Counted from the stretch's first letter, positions 35,630 through 44,729 are shown. The stretch: 58,078 nucleotides of DNA from Candidatus Saccharimonadota bacterium (GCA_016187125.1 JACPKF010000006.1:1-58078), one strand, 5' to 3'. The notes: generated by a model not told the origin, from the sequence alone. Numbers and translations are program-made.

Positions 35630-37222
35630 CTAGTCTTTTCTGACGGCTTTTTCTGTTACAACAAAACCCAAATACCAGCCAAGCATTAGCCTGGTCTGAG
35701 AGTAAATGGCAGCAAATGCTCCATAAATAATTGTGGTAGGGACCAGATATGCCCATTGGAAAATCATCCAGAAAGTTCGGCGACGCTTGTAGCGGGCTGG
35801 TTTGGGCGGCAGGCTGCGGAAACTCAAAAAAAGAGTCACCAAAATACCAGTCATTGCCAACGTCTGCAGGCGGCTGGCTAACTGCGGCAGTTGATTAGCG
35901 ATATAGCTGTTAGGATTAATGAAGAACGGAACCAGCGCGGCCAGAAGCAGGATTAGAGGCGCTGTAGCCCAGCTGACATGTGTTTCTAAAAGTCTTAAAA
36001 ACTTGGCCCAAACTTTATATTTGGGAATGTGGTTTTTCTTAAAAAATCCCTGATTGGCCACGTAGGCTACATCTGAAGCCCCCCAGGCCCAGCGCCGTAC
36101 CTGAATAAACTGCATCTTCAAAGTCTTGGTATATTTATCGGTAAAAACCACGTCTTGATAAATAGGCACGTAAATCGGAAAAACTTCATGGTGGCCGTCA
36201 TAGCGGAACCAAGTACGCCAGAATTGATGGCCATCTTCTACGATGGTCCGAACGCTCCAAAAATCAGTATCAATCAGGGCTTCCATTGATTGAGAATGGG
36301 CCGAGAAATTACGCAGCAAATGTTGGCGCAGAGATAGCACCGTATTCCAAAGAGAGTTGCCGGTAGCAATCACCCGCATCGGCGCCGGCGCGTCCCAGAT
36401 GTTATTGGTGTACATGGTTATCGGCTGGTAAGAAGCATGCTTGGGCTGCTCGGTCGAACAATACGTATAGGTCAAAACCGCGAAATATTGCTTGTGCGGC
36501 CGGTTGTCGGAGTCGAGTGTCGTTACTAAAACATTTTTAGAGTCAATTTTTTCTTTTTCTAAATAGCTTTTTAGCCAGCGCGCAGCGTAAGTTACATTAC
36601 CGCCCTTGCCGATAATTTCGCCGACTATCGGCCAAGGATGCATTACCGCCTCGGCATGGTAAAAGTAGTGACCATATTTTTCGACTAAATCTTTGGCCGT
36701 GGTTTCCACTTCCGGGCCACCGCGCTGCTCATAGGCCAAAATCAGAATCAACTTTTTTAGATCGTAATTGCTATTTATAACGGATTGAACTGTCGGTTCT
36801 ACCACGCCGCGCGATTCGTTATAAAAAGCAATAAAAACGGCGTGATAAATCTGGCTCGGGGCAATACGCTGGGAGGCCGGAATATACTGACTGACCCTTG
36901 CCAAGTTCTTGATATGCCAAGCAAGGGTCCGGTTAGGCTTTATGTCCGGATTTTCTAGATCTTGGTTGAGTTTTTCCCAATCAAGTTTTTGATGTTCTTC
37001 CTTTAAACGCCACCCTTGAAGAGCCCTAATATTTAAACCAATGACTCGTACAAACCAAAGTAGCAGAAAGGCTACTATAAAGTAGGCGGCTAGTTTTTGA
37101 TTTATCAGGCTCAAGCCGGCCGGCAAAAACAAAATTGTCCAGGTCAGGGCGCCCGGCAAAATTTCAAAAGCCCGATATCGCCAATCGCGCTCGTCGGGCT
37201 GTGGAATTTCGATTGATCTCAT
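35630..37222 (-). CDS. Processive family-2 glycosyltransferase (cellulose/chitin synthase-like), membrane bound
   Basis: It has TM segments at both ends, plus TLDSDN and QVRRW (QxxRW) motifs. Confidence 0.8.
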   Translation of the reverse strand: MRSIEIPQPDERDWRYRAFEILPGALTWTILFLPAGLSLINQKLAAYFIVAFLLLWFVRVIGLNIRALQGWRLKEEHQKLDWEKLNQDLENPDIKPNRTLAWHIKNLARVSQYIPASQRIAPSQIYHAVFIAFYNESRGVVEPTVQSVINSNYDLKKLILILAYEQRGGPEVETTAKDLVEKYGHYFYHAEAVMHPWPIVGEIIGKGGNVTYAARWLKSYLEKEKIDSKNVLVTTLDSDNRPHKQYFAVLTYTYCSTEQPKHASYQPITMYTNNIWDAPAPMRVIATGNSLWNTVLSLRQHLLRNFSAHSQSMEALIDTDFWSVRTIVEDGHQFWRTWFRYDGHHEVFPIYVPIYQDVVFTDKYTKTLKMQFIQVRRWAWGASDVAYVANQGFFKKNHIPKYKVWAKFLRLLETHVSWATAPLILLLAALVPFFINPNSYIANQLPQLASRLQTLAMTGILVTLFLSFRSLPPKPARYKRRRTFWMIFQWAYLVPTTIIYGAFAAIYSQTRLMLGWYLGFVVTEKAVRKD

Positions 37223-37224
37223 AG

Positions 37225-37355
37225 AAAGCCTTTAACCATTCACTGTTTACCATTCACGTCGCATTAGCCATTGACCATAATCTATTTACTATGGATAACG
37301 GAAAATGGATCACCGTCAAGGCACGGTAAAAGGAAAAAGGATAACGGAAAATGGA
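37225..37355. repeat. ACCATTCAC...ATGGATAACGGAAAATGGAT element, copy 3
   Basis: Same family and same orientation as 851-963 and 34790-34920. Confidence 0.7.
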
Positions 37356-37357
37356 CT

Positions 37358-37714
37358 TCATTGGAGTGAAATCAGAGAATTAGCCACAATCGTAGATAAA
37401 ATTAGAAGAAATAAACCACTGACTAAAATAAAAACCGATACATAGCGCTGAACAAAGTAGGTTCGGGCACTCAAAACCACAGCCGCAAAAGCCGTGATAA
37501 TCATAAAAAGAGCCAGGCTATAAATATCAATCGGTTTGCCACTTTGATAACTACTACCGGAGATATTAGGCCGGTAAGCCACAATTGTTGTTGGGTTATT
37601 AGAAACATCAAACCGCAGCAGCACTAAGCTAACTCCTACAACCAGAACCACCGCTAGTAAACTAATAAGCAGTAGAACCAAGCGGTCGTGTAAAAATTTT
37701 TTAGGTAATTCCAT
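37358..37714 (-). CDS. Hypothetical membrane protein (118 aa)
   Basis: Three hydrophobic segments. Confidence 0.55.
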   Translation of the reverse strand: MELPKKFLHDRLVLLLISLLAVVLVVGVSLVLLRFDVSNNPTTIVAYRPNISGSSYQSGKPIDIYSLALFMIITAFAAVVLSARTYFVQRYVSVFILVSGLFLLILSTIVANSLISLQ

Positions 37715-37823
37715 AAAAATTTAGCTGTTAGTCTCTAGCTCAAAGCTCTTAGCCATAAGACTTATTCTACACCGGAAAGTTGGGGCCCCCAAGCCGTGAG
37801 AATACGGCTTGGGGAAAAGGAGT

Positions 37824-37898
37824 AACAATACAAGACCCCGCTAAATTTTGGCTACTTGTTCGCCAAAATTTCTGGCGGGGTTGATATTAGTTGCGACG
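37824..37898 (-). terminator. Conserved hairpin module, copy 2, directly 3' of tRNA-Gly
   Basis: ~90% identical to 20221-20298. Confidence 0.65.
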
Positions 37899-37972
37899 TG
37901 GTGCGAGTGACGGGAATTGAACCCGTATCCCCAGCTTGGGAAGCTGGTATACTGCCACTGTACTACACTCGC
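37899..37972 (-). tRNA. tRNA-Gly (CCC), CCA encoded
   Basis: The rc is GCGAGTG..CCAGC-TTCCCAA-GCTGG..ACGGG-TTCAATT-CCCGT-CACTCGC-ACCA. Confidence 0.92.
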
Positions 37973-38068
37973 CTCACCACTGCTACGGTCGCCGACGCTC
38001 CATAGCTATGGCGACGGAGCGAGGATGGAGGAAGCAAGCGTACTACCATTATACTAATTTCGCAGGAT

Positions 38069-38144
38069 GCCGATATAGCTCAGTTGGTAGAGCAGCACTT
38101 TCGTAAAGTGAAGGCCGGCGGTTCGAATCCGCCTATCGGCTCCA
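38069..38144 (+). tRNA. tRNA-Thr (CGT), CCA encoded
   Basis: GCCGATA..GCACT-TTCGTAA-AGTGA..GGCGG-TTCGAAT-CCGCC-TATCGGC-TCCA. Confidence 0.92.
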
Positions 38145-38203
38145 CATGACGAAGTATATCAAATCTATGGTGTTGGCTGAGCAAACGCGGTAATATTGAA
38201 CTG

Positions 38204-38926
38204 ATGAAATTTAAAAGAGTTCTTTTAAAACTGTCCGGCGAGCAATTTGCCGGTATACGCCTTAGTGGCATTGATGCCAAATTTGTCAATAATCTTACTA
38301 AAGAACTCAAGCAAGTAATAGACGAAACCGGCGCCCAGATTGCCATAGTAGTCGGCGGCGGTAATTTTATGCGAGGTGCTTCTATATCCGATCATGGCGT
38401 CGAACGGGCTACTGGTGATTATATGGGCATGCTGGCAACCATTATTAACGGCATGGCGCTGGTAGATACCTTGGAGTCCAATAGCCAGCCTGCCCGTCTT
38501 CAATCCAAATTGAGAGTCGAAGGCGTTGCCGAGCCATTTATTCGCCGCCGGGCAATCAGACATATGGAGAAAGGCCGAGTTGTAATTATTGCCGGTGGCA
38601 CCGGCAATCCCTACTTTACTACCGATACGGCGGCTGTTACGGCCGGCCTTGAACTAGATTGCGAAGCAGTCTTAAAGGGTACTAAGGTAGATGGTGTCTA
38701 TGATAAGGATCCTGTGCGTCACCCTGATGCTAAAAAATATGATTCAATCTCGCACACCGAAGCCCTGCAAAACCCGGAAATCAATGTTATGGATAATGCT
38801 GCCATCTCGCTAGCCATGGATAATAAACTGCCAATAATTGTTTTTGAGCTCAAGCCCGGCAATCTTAAAAAAGTCATTGAAGGTGAAGCTATCGGTTCGA
38901 TAGTCGCTCACAAACAGCAAACTTAA
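38204..38926 (+). CDS. pyrH: UMP kinase
   Basis: FKRVLLKLSGE, VVGGGNFMRG, TGNPYFTTDTAA, KGTKVDGVYDKDP. Confidence 0.95.
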   Translation: MKFKRVLLKLSGEQFAGIRLSGIDAKFVNNLTKELKQVIDETGAQIAIVVGGGNFMRGASISDHGVERATGDYMGMLATIINGMALVDTLESNSQPARLQSKLRVEGVAEPFIRRRAIRHMEKGRVVIIAGGTGNPYFTTDTAAVTAGLELDCEAVLKGTKVDGVYDKDPVRHPDAKKYDSISHTEALQNPEINVMDNAAISLAMDNKLPIIVFELKPGNLKKVIEGEAIGSIVAHKQQT

Positions 38927-38929
38927 TAC

Positions 38930-39096
38930 TAGAACCCATCTCATAATAATTTTGGATAGCAAAAAACGAATATTCTTTGAGCGACAAGCCTGAAGCGCGA
39001 GGAAGTGTAATCATAGTTACATTGACGAGTGATAAAGGTTCTGCAGCCAAATAAGGCCGTTTTTCGGCCCAAAACTTTATTATGAGATGGGTTCTA
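38930..39096. mobile_element. 167-bp TAGAACCCA-terminated inverted-repeat element, copy B
   Basis: The termini are TAGAACCCATCTCATAATAA and TTATTATGAGATGGGTTCTA. It shares the internal motifs GCGACAAGC and GGTTC(T)GCAG with copy A. Confidence 0.6.
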
Positions 39097-39417
39097 AACA
39101 AAAGCTGGTTTTCGGGTACCGAGTAAGGCCTTGCTGCCGAGCTGCTTGGTGACTTGGCGCCGCTCACGAGCTTTCTCAATTTTCCCAATTACATAGCTTT
39201 GAAGTATATCTATCGCTGCCAACCCAAGAAGAATTGGCTGCTCAAAAACAATTCCAGCGGCAGCAAGTACGGCTGCGCTGACTTGGTTAAATCTCTTCCA
39301 GGCATTTAAAAAACCGCCCTTTTTCTCCATGCCCGGTTGTAATTCGTGACTCCTACTCATACTTATATTATAAACCTCACATTTAATCTTAATGCATCCT
39401 TCATAACTCACGATCAA
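39094..39417 (-). CDS. Hypothetical membrane protein
   Basis: ORF only. Its stop TAG lies inside the terminus of element B. Confidence 0.4.
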   Translation of the reverse strand: MIVSYEGCIKIKCEVYNISMSRSHELQPGMEKKGGFLNAWKRFNQVSAAVLAAAGIVFEQPILLGLAAIDILQSYVIGKIEKARERRQVTKQLGSKALLGTRKPAFV

Positions 39418-39930
39418 GGCGAGTGATGGAAGATGGCAGGCTCGTTACTCTGGGTGTTAGATCTTGTGGTCCCTGCATGGATTCCCGATCAATTCTAGCC
39501 ATTTTACTATTTCCCTTTTTTTATTTATTCGGAAGATTTAAATATCCTGACGTTGGTACACCAAGACCAATTTCTAGAGGACGACCCAAGGAATCGTTTA
39601 TTGGCTCGCCTATAACATTCAATGGATGAGCTATTGGCAAACCCATCCCTCTTTCACTTTCGATTTCGAAAGGCAAACCGGGTATCGTTTCCTAATTGCC
39701 CAAATCGGATTCGAACCCGAGAAGTGGCCCGACCGACTAGAGCATAACTTACCCGATGTCCAAGCCGGATTCGAACCCGAGAAGTGCCAGTGGCACTTCG
39801 AGTTCACGCAGATAATGCAAGTGTTTTTATAAATCTAACTAATATGCTTTGACCAAGTGTAAGCAAGGCGATGAGGTTCGACCGGTTTGGGCTCCACGAA
39901 AAGGACCCCACTCGGTAGGAGTTGGGGTCC

Positions 39931-39954
39931 TTTTCGTGGCGGGCCCGACCGGAT
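39931..39954 (-). repeat. 24-nt duplicate of the tRNA-Asp 3' end plus flank (att-like scar)
   Basis: TTTTCGTGGCGGGCCCGACCGGAT is identical to 40106-40129. Confidence 0.75.
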
Positions 39955-40111
39955 AGCGTACGCCTACGGCGTACTTTTCCCTCGCTGCTCGGTAAAATTA
40001 TGTAAACACAATTTTACTTCCGCGGCTGTGTTCACCGAACCGCAGGTTTGCGGTTCGGATCCGGTTCAAAACAGCACGAAAAAACGCCACCAAAAAGGTG
40101 ACGTATTTTCG

Positions 40112-40188
40112 TGGCGGGCCCGACCGGATTCGAACCGGCGATCTTCTCCGTGACAGGGAGACGTGTTAGGCCTCTACACTACGAGCCC
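40112..40188 (-). tRNA. tRNA-Asp (GTC), CCA encoded
   Basis: The rc is GGGCTCG..TCTCC-CTGTCAC-GGAGA..GCCGG-TTCGAAT-CCGGT-CGGGCCC-GCCA. Confidence 0.93.
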
Positions 40189-40362
40189 TTATTCTTGCTT
40201 ATCTAAAAATTTGTAAACCAAGCCAAGCTGTCTACAGATTTTAGAGGAGGAGCCGACAAGAACTTAAGACTCAAATAAATTATGTTCCTATTTATTTGAG
40301 GTCGAAAGTCAAAGTCGTGGTCCGACGAGAACAGATGTAAGTTTAACAAAAAGAGAGGGTAG

Positions 40363-41481
40363 TTAAAAGCGGACGTAGGTCTTGGATGGTTCTTTAGCCT
40401 GCAAGTCTTTAATGTAGAACGAGATGTCTTTTAGATTGAAAGAAATATGCTGAGCCGTGACAGTTGTGCCGTCGCTCCCGATAACTTTAACAATTTCTAG
40501 GGTGTCGGGCTTATTAATATCCACCCGGCTGGCTAAAATTATGCCCGAAACTTGGCCGGCTTTGAGTTTAAACAGCTCATTAATAACCTCTGGGGACACA
40601 TTGGGATTAGTTTTGGTGATGCCAAAACCCCAGTCGCCGTTACTGGCCTTACTGGGATCGTCGGAGTTTTGGGCGGCCAGGCTGCCAAAATCAGCCCCAG
40701 CATTAGACTGGGCTAAAACCGATTGGGCTTTAGCCTGTGCGCCGACGTCGAGTTTGGCTACCACTCTCTCAGCCAGCATTTGGTCCTTTAGACTGCGTCT
40801 AAAATCGGCGATCGACCAACCCCAATAATCCCGCAGCACATCAGCAAACACTTTATTGTTGCTACCCAGGCGGTTTTGCTGACGGACTTCATTTATCCGA
40901 GCGTCGACTTCGCGGTCCGAGACTTTAACACCGTTTTTCTTGGCCAGGGTTTTTACATAGCCGTTATTGATCACGTTTTGCAGAGCCTGCTTCCTAAACT
41001 GATTTATTTGCTGCTGGCCGCCAAACAAGCGCTGTTGTTGAGTTTGGTAATAATGAATATAGTGTCGCAGTTCAAACAAATAATTCTCGTAATTCACGTA
41101 TGCATCGCCGGCACGGGCTATGGGAAACGGAATAACTTGGGTAACCCGGTAAAGGAAAGTGTTGTACTGGTAAAACTTATAAAGCGCTAAGCCGCAGTAA
41201 ACCAAAAAAGTTATTATGGTAACGGCTGCGATACCACTGCTAATAACCAAAATGCGGTGCTTAGAATGGGCCAGCGGATAAATATATTTACGGGCTCCAG
41301 ACAGCACCTCTTCCCTGTGCTCGGTAATAGTTTCACTGGTAATATGCGGAACATCCTTAAGAGATATCGGCTCTGGTGGCCGGGGCAACGGACTAAAACT
41401 GGCGGCCTTTTCGGTTACCACGTCCGGCAATAGTTTTTTGACCTTTTTAACTCTTTTTTTGAAATGCTTTCTCAGTTTCAT
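40363..41481 (-). CDS. Membrane-anchored SurA/PrsA-like parvulin peptidyl-prolyl isomerase
   Basis: It has a TM anchor, a SurA_N-like region and a parvulin segment ...FGSLAAQNSDDPSKASNGDWGF... Confidence 0.75.
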   Translation of the reverse strand: MKLRKHFKKRVKKVKKLLPDVVTEKAASFSPLPRPPEPISLKDVPHITSETITEHREEVLSGARKYIYPLAHSKHRILVISSGIAAVTIITFLVYCGLALYKFYQYNTFLYRVTQVIPFPIARAGDAYVNYENYLFELRHYIHYYQTQQQRLFGGQQQINQFRKQALQNVINNGYVKTLAKKNGVKVSDREVDARINEVRQQNRLGSNNKVFADVLRDYWGWSIADFRRSLKDQMLAERVVAKLDVGAQAKAQSVLAQSNAGADFGSLAAQNSDDPSKASNGDWGFGITKTNPNVSPEVINELFKLKAGQVSGIILASRVDINKPDTLEIVKVIGSDGTTVTAQHISFNLKDISFYIKDLQAKEPSKTYVRF

Positions 41482-42098
41482 AGCTCTTCGTCGTCTTGAT
41501 CATGGTCTTTTTCAGTACCGGGCCGCATAGTATGATGAATTCCCAAATCTCTCAAAATGTGCACCATTTTTTTCTGGACTTTTTCTGGGTGGTGCACTTC
41601 GTTAATCACCAAATCTCCCACGTAAGTTTGTACGACTATTGTACCAAAACCCAGCATCGTCTGTTCTAGTCCGGCGATTTGATAATTAATCATTTGTATC
41701 TGTTCTAGGCCAATATCCACTACATTTACCTGGAGCAAGCTGCGGGTTTGTTGAATAAAACGCTTGTCGGTCATTATATAAACGCTGAAGTACCAGCGGA
41801 CCCACCAGGGGAATAATATGAGTACAAACAGTAAGAAACCGCCAACTAGCCCGCCAAAAAAAACACCGTACTGTGGTTTTATAAGCGCTGGAGTCATAGC
41901 CAAAAGCAGACCAGCCGATGCAAATATTATTCCCCGGCGCATAACAATCGGGTGTTTTCTAAACACCAGCATTGTCTCTTCGTCTTCAAACTGCTCTTTA
42001 AAATATTTGGGCTTACCCGGTAGTGAGTCCGCCTCGGTGGGTCTACTACCGGGCCTCTTGACTTCAACTTCATTCTCTTTGGCTGGCTTTTCGCTCAT
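41478..42098 (-). CDS. Bacterial PH-domain (YdbS/YdbT-like) membrane protein
   Basis: Two TM segments are followed by the bPH_2-like YIMTDKRFIQQTRSLL...GFGTIVVQT. The start is placed at ATGAGCGAA (42098). Confidence 0.7.
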   Translation of the reverse strand: MSEKPAKENEVEVKRPGSRPTEADSLPGKPKYFKEQFEDEETMLVFRKHPIVMRRGIIFASAGLLLAMTPALIKPQYGVFFGGLVGGFLLFVLILFPWWVRWYFSVYIMTDKRFIQQTRSLLQVNVVDIGLEQIQMINYQIAGLEQTMLGFGTIVVQTYVGDLVINEVHHPEKVQKKMVHILRDLGIHHTMRPGTEKDHDQDDEEL

Positions 42099-42294
42099 CC
42101 CGTTAGAACCCACTTACCTTCCGTAGTTTGGTTAACGATTGAACGCGGGCGCTTGCCCAGTAGTGAGCTTTCGAGATTATTCGCCTTCGGTGAATATTCA
42201 TCTGTTCTTGCAGATGGACTCGAAAGTCTACTACTGGGCTTGCTTCAACGTAAAAATAAATATTGTAGGTCTTTTGGGTTCTAACGGGACTCAT
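42094..42294. mobile_element. CCCGTTAGA palindromic element, copy 3, inserted directly behind a start codon
   Basis: CTCAT-CCCGTTAGAACCCA, then 162 nt, then TGGGTTCTAACGGG-ACTCAT. The arms are 14 bp. Confidence 0.7.
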
Positions 42295-42393
42295 GGCTAC
42301 ATTATATCCGGCCTTCGTAGCCAAAGCTACTTTGGCGGAGTAGGCTAGGTTAGAGGTTGTAGGTTACAGGTTGCGGACTTAAAATACATGTAC

Positions 42394-42468
42394 GCCCCCA
42401 TAGCTCAATGGATAGAGCAACTCCGTCCTAAGGAGATGATCTGCGTTCGAGTCGCGGTGGGGGCACCA
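42394..42468 (+). tRNA. tRNA-Arg (CCT), CCA encoded
   Basis: GCCCCCA..ACTCC-GTCCTAA-GGAGA..TGCGT-TCGAGTC-GCGGT-GGGGGC-ACCA. Confidence 0.88.
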
Positions 42469-42474
42469 ACTTTT

Positions 42475-42981
42475 TTAGTTTTTTGGATTTTGGGTGAGGT
42501 GTTCGTGAGCCGTTTTATAATCGAACAGCTCGTTTTCAGAAAACCAATGAGCAATTTCTTCTTTAGCTTCCTGAGTATTCCCAGAGGCATGGATAAGATT
42601 TGGCAGTGCTCCGCCCTTTTCATTAGCATGCTTAATGCTCATATGAGAATAGTCGCCTCTAACCGTGCCAGGAGCTGCAGCCTTTGGTTCGGTATCGCCA
42701 ACTATTTTTCTTACCAAACTAACGGCTTCTACGCCTTCTATAACAGCTGCAATCACCGGTGCCGACAGCATAAAATCAGTATTTTGTTTATACGTTTCTT
42801 CGCTGACCCTAGATTTTAGTTTGCTGATAGTTTCATAATGATGATGATAGTGCTGTTCATTAGGATGCACCATCTTCATGCCCACTATTTTTAGACCGGC
42901 TTTTTCAAAGCGGCTTAGAATTTCGCCCAGTAAACCGCGCTGCAGCGCATCGGGCTTCAGGATAATTAATGTTCTTTCCAC
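42475..42981 (-). CDS. ndk: Nucleoside diphosphate kinase
   Basis: MERTLIILKPDA, TVRGDY, NLIHASG (active-site His). Confidence 0.93.
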   Translation of the reverse strand: MERTLIILKPDALQRGLLGEILSRFEKAGLKIVGMKMVHPNEQHYHHHYETISKLKSRVSEETYKQNTDFMLSAPVIAAVIEGVEAVSLVRKIVGDTEPKAAAPGTVRGDYSHMSIKHANEKGGALPNLIHASGNTQEAKEEIAHWFSENELFDYKTAHEHLTQNPKN

Positions 42982-43180
42982 TTGGCCGCCTAAACTTTTA
43001 AGTTTAAATTATAGGGATCTAAGGTTGTATATTTCATAATTTTCCCAGCCAATCCGTATCTATATAAAAAGTTTGGTGGCTAAAATTATTTTAACAAAAA
43101 ATACAGATATCACAAGCGTTTTAGGATTGGCTGAATAATTTTTTTGTTCTAAGCTGAACTTTTCCAATATTAAAATCTTC

Positions 43181-43218
43181 CACCTATTCTAATATTCTTA
43201 AGAATATTAGAATAGGTG
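43181..43218. promoter_or_regulatory. 38-bp perfect palindrome, candidate recombination (dif-like) or operator site
   Basis: CACCTATTCTAATATTCTT|AAGAATATTAGAATAGGTG, 44 bp upstream of the xer start. Confidence 0.45.
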
Positions 43219-43261
43219 AATGCGGTTGATATTGTACGACGCTTAAGTTTAAACTAAGCAT

Positions 43262-44182
43262 ATGAGCTATGAAGACGCTGTCGCCCAGTTCTTAGAATAT
43301 CAAGAGCTAGAACAAAACCGCTCAAGCAAAACCATTGAAAATTACAGCCATTACTTAACTCGCCTTAGCGACTTTGCCGGTGATATTAAGCTCAAAGATA
43401 TTGACGTCGAGCTAATCAGGAAATGGCGGTTGTGGCTTAATCGCTTGGGCACCAACACCTCTGATGAGCTGTCTAAGGTGACTCAAAACTACCATCTTAT
43501 TGCTCTGCGCAGTTTTTTGCGTTTTTGCGCCAAGAGAGGGATAACCGCCCTTGCCCCAGATAAGATAGAGCTGGCTCGAACCACTCGCCCCCAAGTGACC
43601 TTTTTAACTTCTGAAGAGCTCGAAAGATTGACTGCCCAGCCTAATGTTGCGACTCTGAATGGGCTGAGGGACCGGGCTATTATTGAACTGTTGTTTTCCA
43701 GTGGGCTGCGAGTCAGCGAGTTAGTAAGCCTCGACAAAGATCACATCAATCTTCGGCGCCGGGAGTTTATGGTCCGCGGCAAGGGCCAAAAAGACCGGCC
43801 AATTTTTATCAGCGCTGAGGCAGCTGACTGGATCCAAAGATATTTGGACAAGCGTCAAGATAATACAAAACCGTTATTTATCAGATACAGTGGCAGTAAA
43901 AAGGTCGATTTATCCGGTAATTACCATCGCCTGACGGCCCGCAGTGTCCAGCGTATGATTGCCCGCTACGGCTTGGCCGCCGGCATCACTAAACACGTAT
44001 CCCCCCATACTTTAAGACATTCGTTTGCAACCGATTTATTGATGAACGGAGCTGATTTGCGCTCAGTTCAAGCCATGCTGGGCCATAGCAACATCGCCAC
44101 TACTCAAATCTACACTCATGTAACTGATCCACATCTCAAAAAAGTTCACGAGCAGTTCCATCGAGCGGCCAAAAGAAGTTAA
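43262..44182 (+). CDS. xerC: Tyrosine recombinase, XerC/XerD family
   Basis: It has an N-terminal SAM-like domain, plus GLRVSELV, HTLRHSFAT and LGHSNIATTQIYTHV. Confidence 0.9.
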   Translation: MSYEDAVAQFLEYQELEQNRSSKTIENYSHYLTRLSDFAGDIKLKDIDVELIRKWRLWLNRLGTNTSDELSKVTQNYHLIALRSFLRFCAKRGITALAPDKIELARTTRPQVTFLTSEELERLTAQPNVATLNGLRDRAIIELLFSSGLRVSELVSLDKDHINLRRREFMVRGKGQKDRPIFISAEAADWIQRYLDKRQDNTKPLFIRYSGSKKVDLSGNYHRLTARSVQRMIARYGLAAGITKHVSPHTLRHSFATDLLMNGADLRSVQAMLGHSNIATTQIYTHVTDPHLKKVHEQFHRAAKRS

Positions 44183-44523
44183 GCAGCGCTATTAGGCGGG
44201 GGTTGTAGCCAATCAGCTAATGGACTTCCGCTCTCTAATGCCTCTTCTCTACGTTTCCTAAAGGCTAGAGGATCATGAACAAAGGGTCCATTCACCGCTG
44301 GTCCTCCTGGGCTTCCAAAACGTTGTTGTGAAGAAGGAGTGTAGTTTCTTGGCCAGCCATTCATCTCAACTACAACAATCTGATCCGCGAGACTAAGCAC
44401 CCCAAGTGGGTAGCTTAGTCCTTTATCAGAACCGCCAAATAGCCGTTCGGCAGTACTTCTCATAAGTTTTTTATACCGCTTAATTATCAATCTTGCAAGA
44501 GCAATTCGCAAATTCCACCGCAA
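44179..44523 (-). CDS. Hypothetical protein (114 aa)
   Basis: ORF only. Confidence 0.4.
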   Translation of the reverse strand: MRWNLRIALARLIIKRYKKLMRSTAERLFGGSDKGLSYPLGVLSLADQIVVVEMNGWPRNYTPSSQQRFGSPGGPAVNGPFVHDPLAFRKRREEALESGSPLADWLQPPPNSAA

Positions 44524-44559
44524 AGCTGGTAATTAAACCCGGGGTCTTACGCATAGTAA

Positions 44560-44680
44560 CCTGACTCTCAAAACCCTATAGTTGTGGGAATAAATTCAGC
44601 GACCGCTGAATTTATTCCCATGTTTAGAGATCAGAAACCAAGTCGAAATTAAATCTTCAGACACAGTTTTGAGAGTCAGG
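44560..44680. repeat. Nested inverted repeats
   Basis: The outer 15-bp repeat is CCTGACTCTCAAAAC / GTTTTGAGAGTCAGG. The inner 16-bp repeat is GGGAATAAATTCAGCG / CGCTGAATTTATTCCC. Confidence 0.7.
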
Positions 44681-44729
44681 TATAGAAATGCACGGCCGTT
44701 TTACTATCAGGACATAGTAGTTGATGATG

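Noticed and set aside
38080-38563. Minus-strand ORFs of 88 and 112 aa.
   Set aside because: They overlap tRNA-Thr and pyrH on the opposite strand.
39690-39800. Two apparent tRNA T-arm sequences (GGATTCGAACC).
   Set aside because: The T-stems and acceptor stems do not pair, so they are treated as fragments or repeats, not tRNA genes. The 68-aa ORFs at 39423-39629 and 39626-39832 are considered spurious.
42103-42348. ORFs of 73 aa (minus) and 69 aa (plus), and the 67-aa ORF at 29788-29991.
   Set aside because: The first two lie within the palindromic element behind the PH-domain gene start. The third lies in the AT-rich spacer. None has supporting signals beyond those discussed as uORFs.
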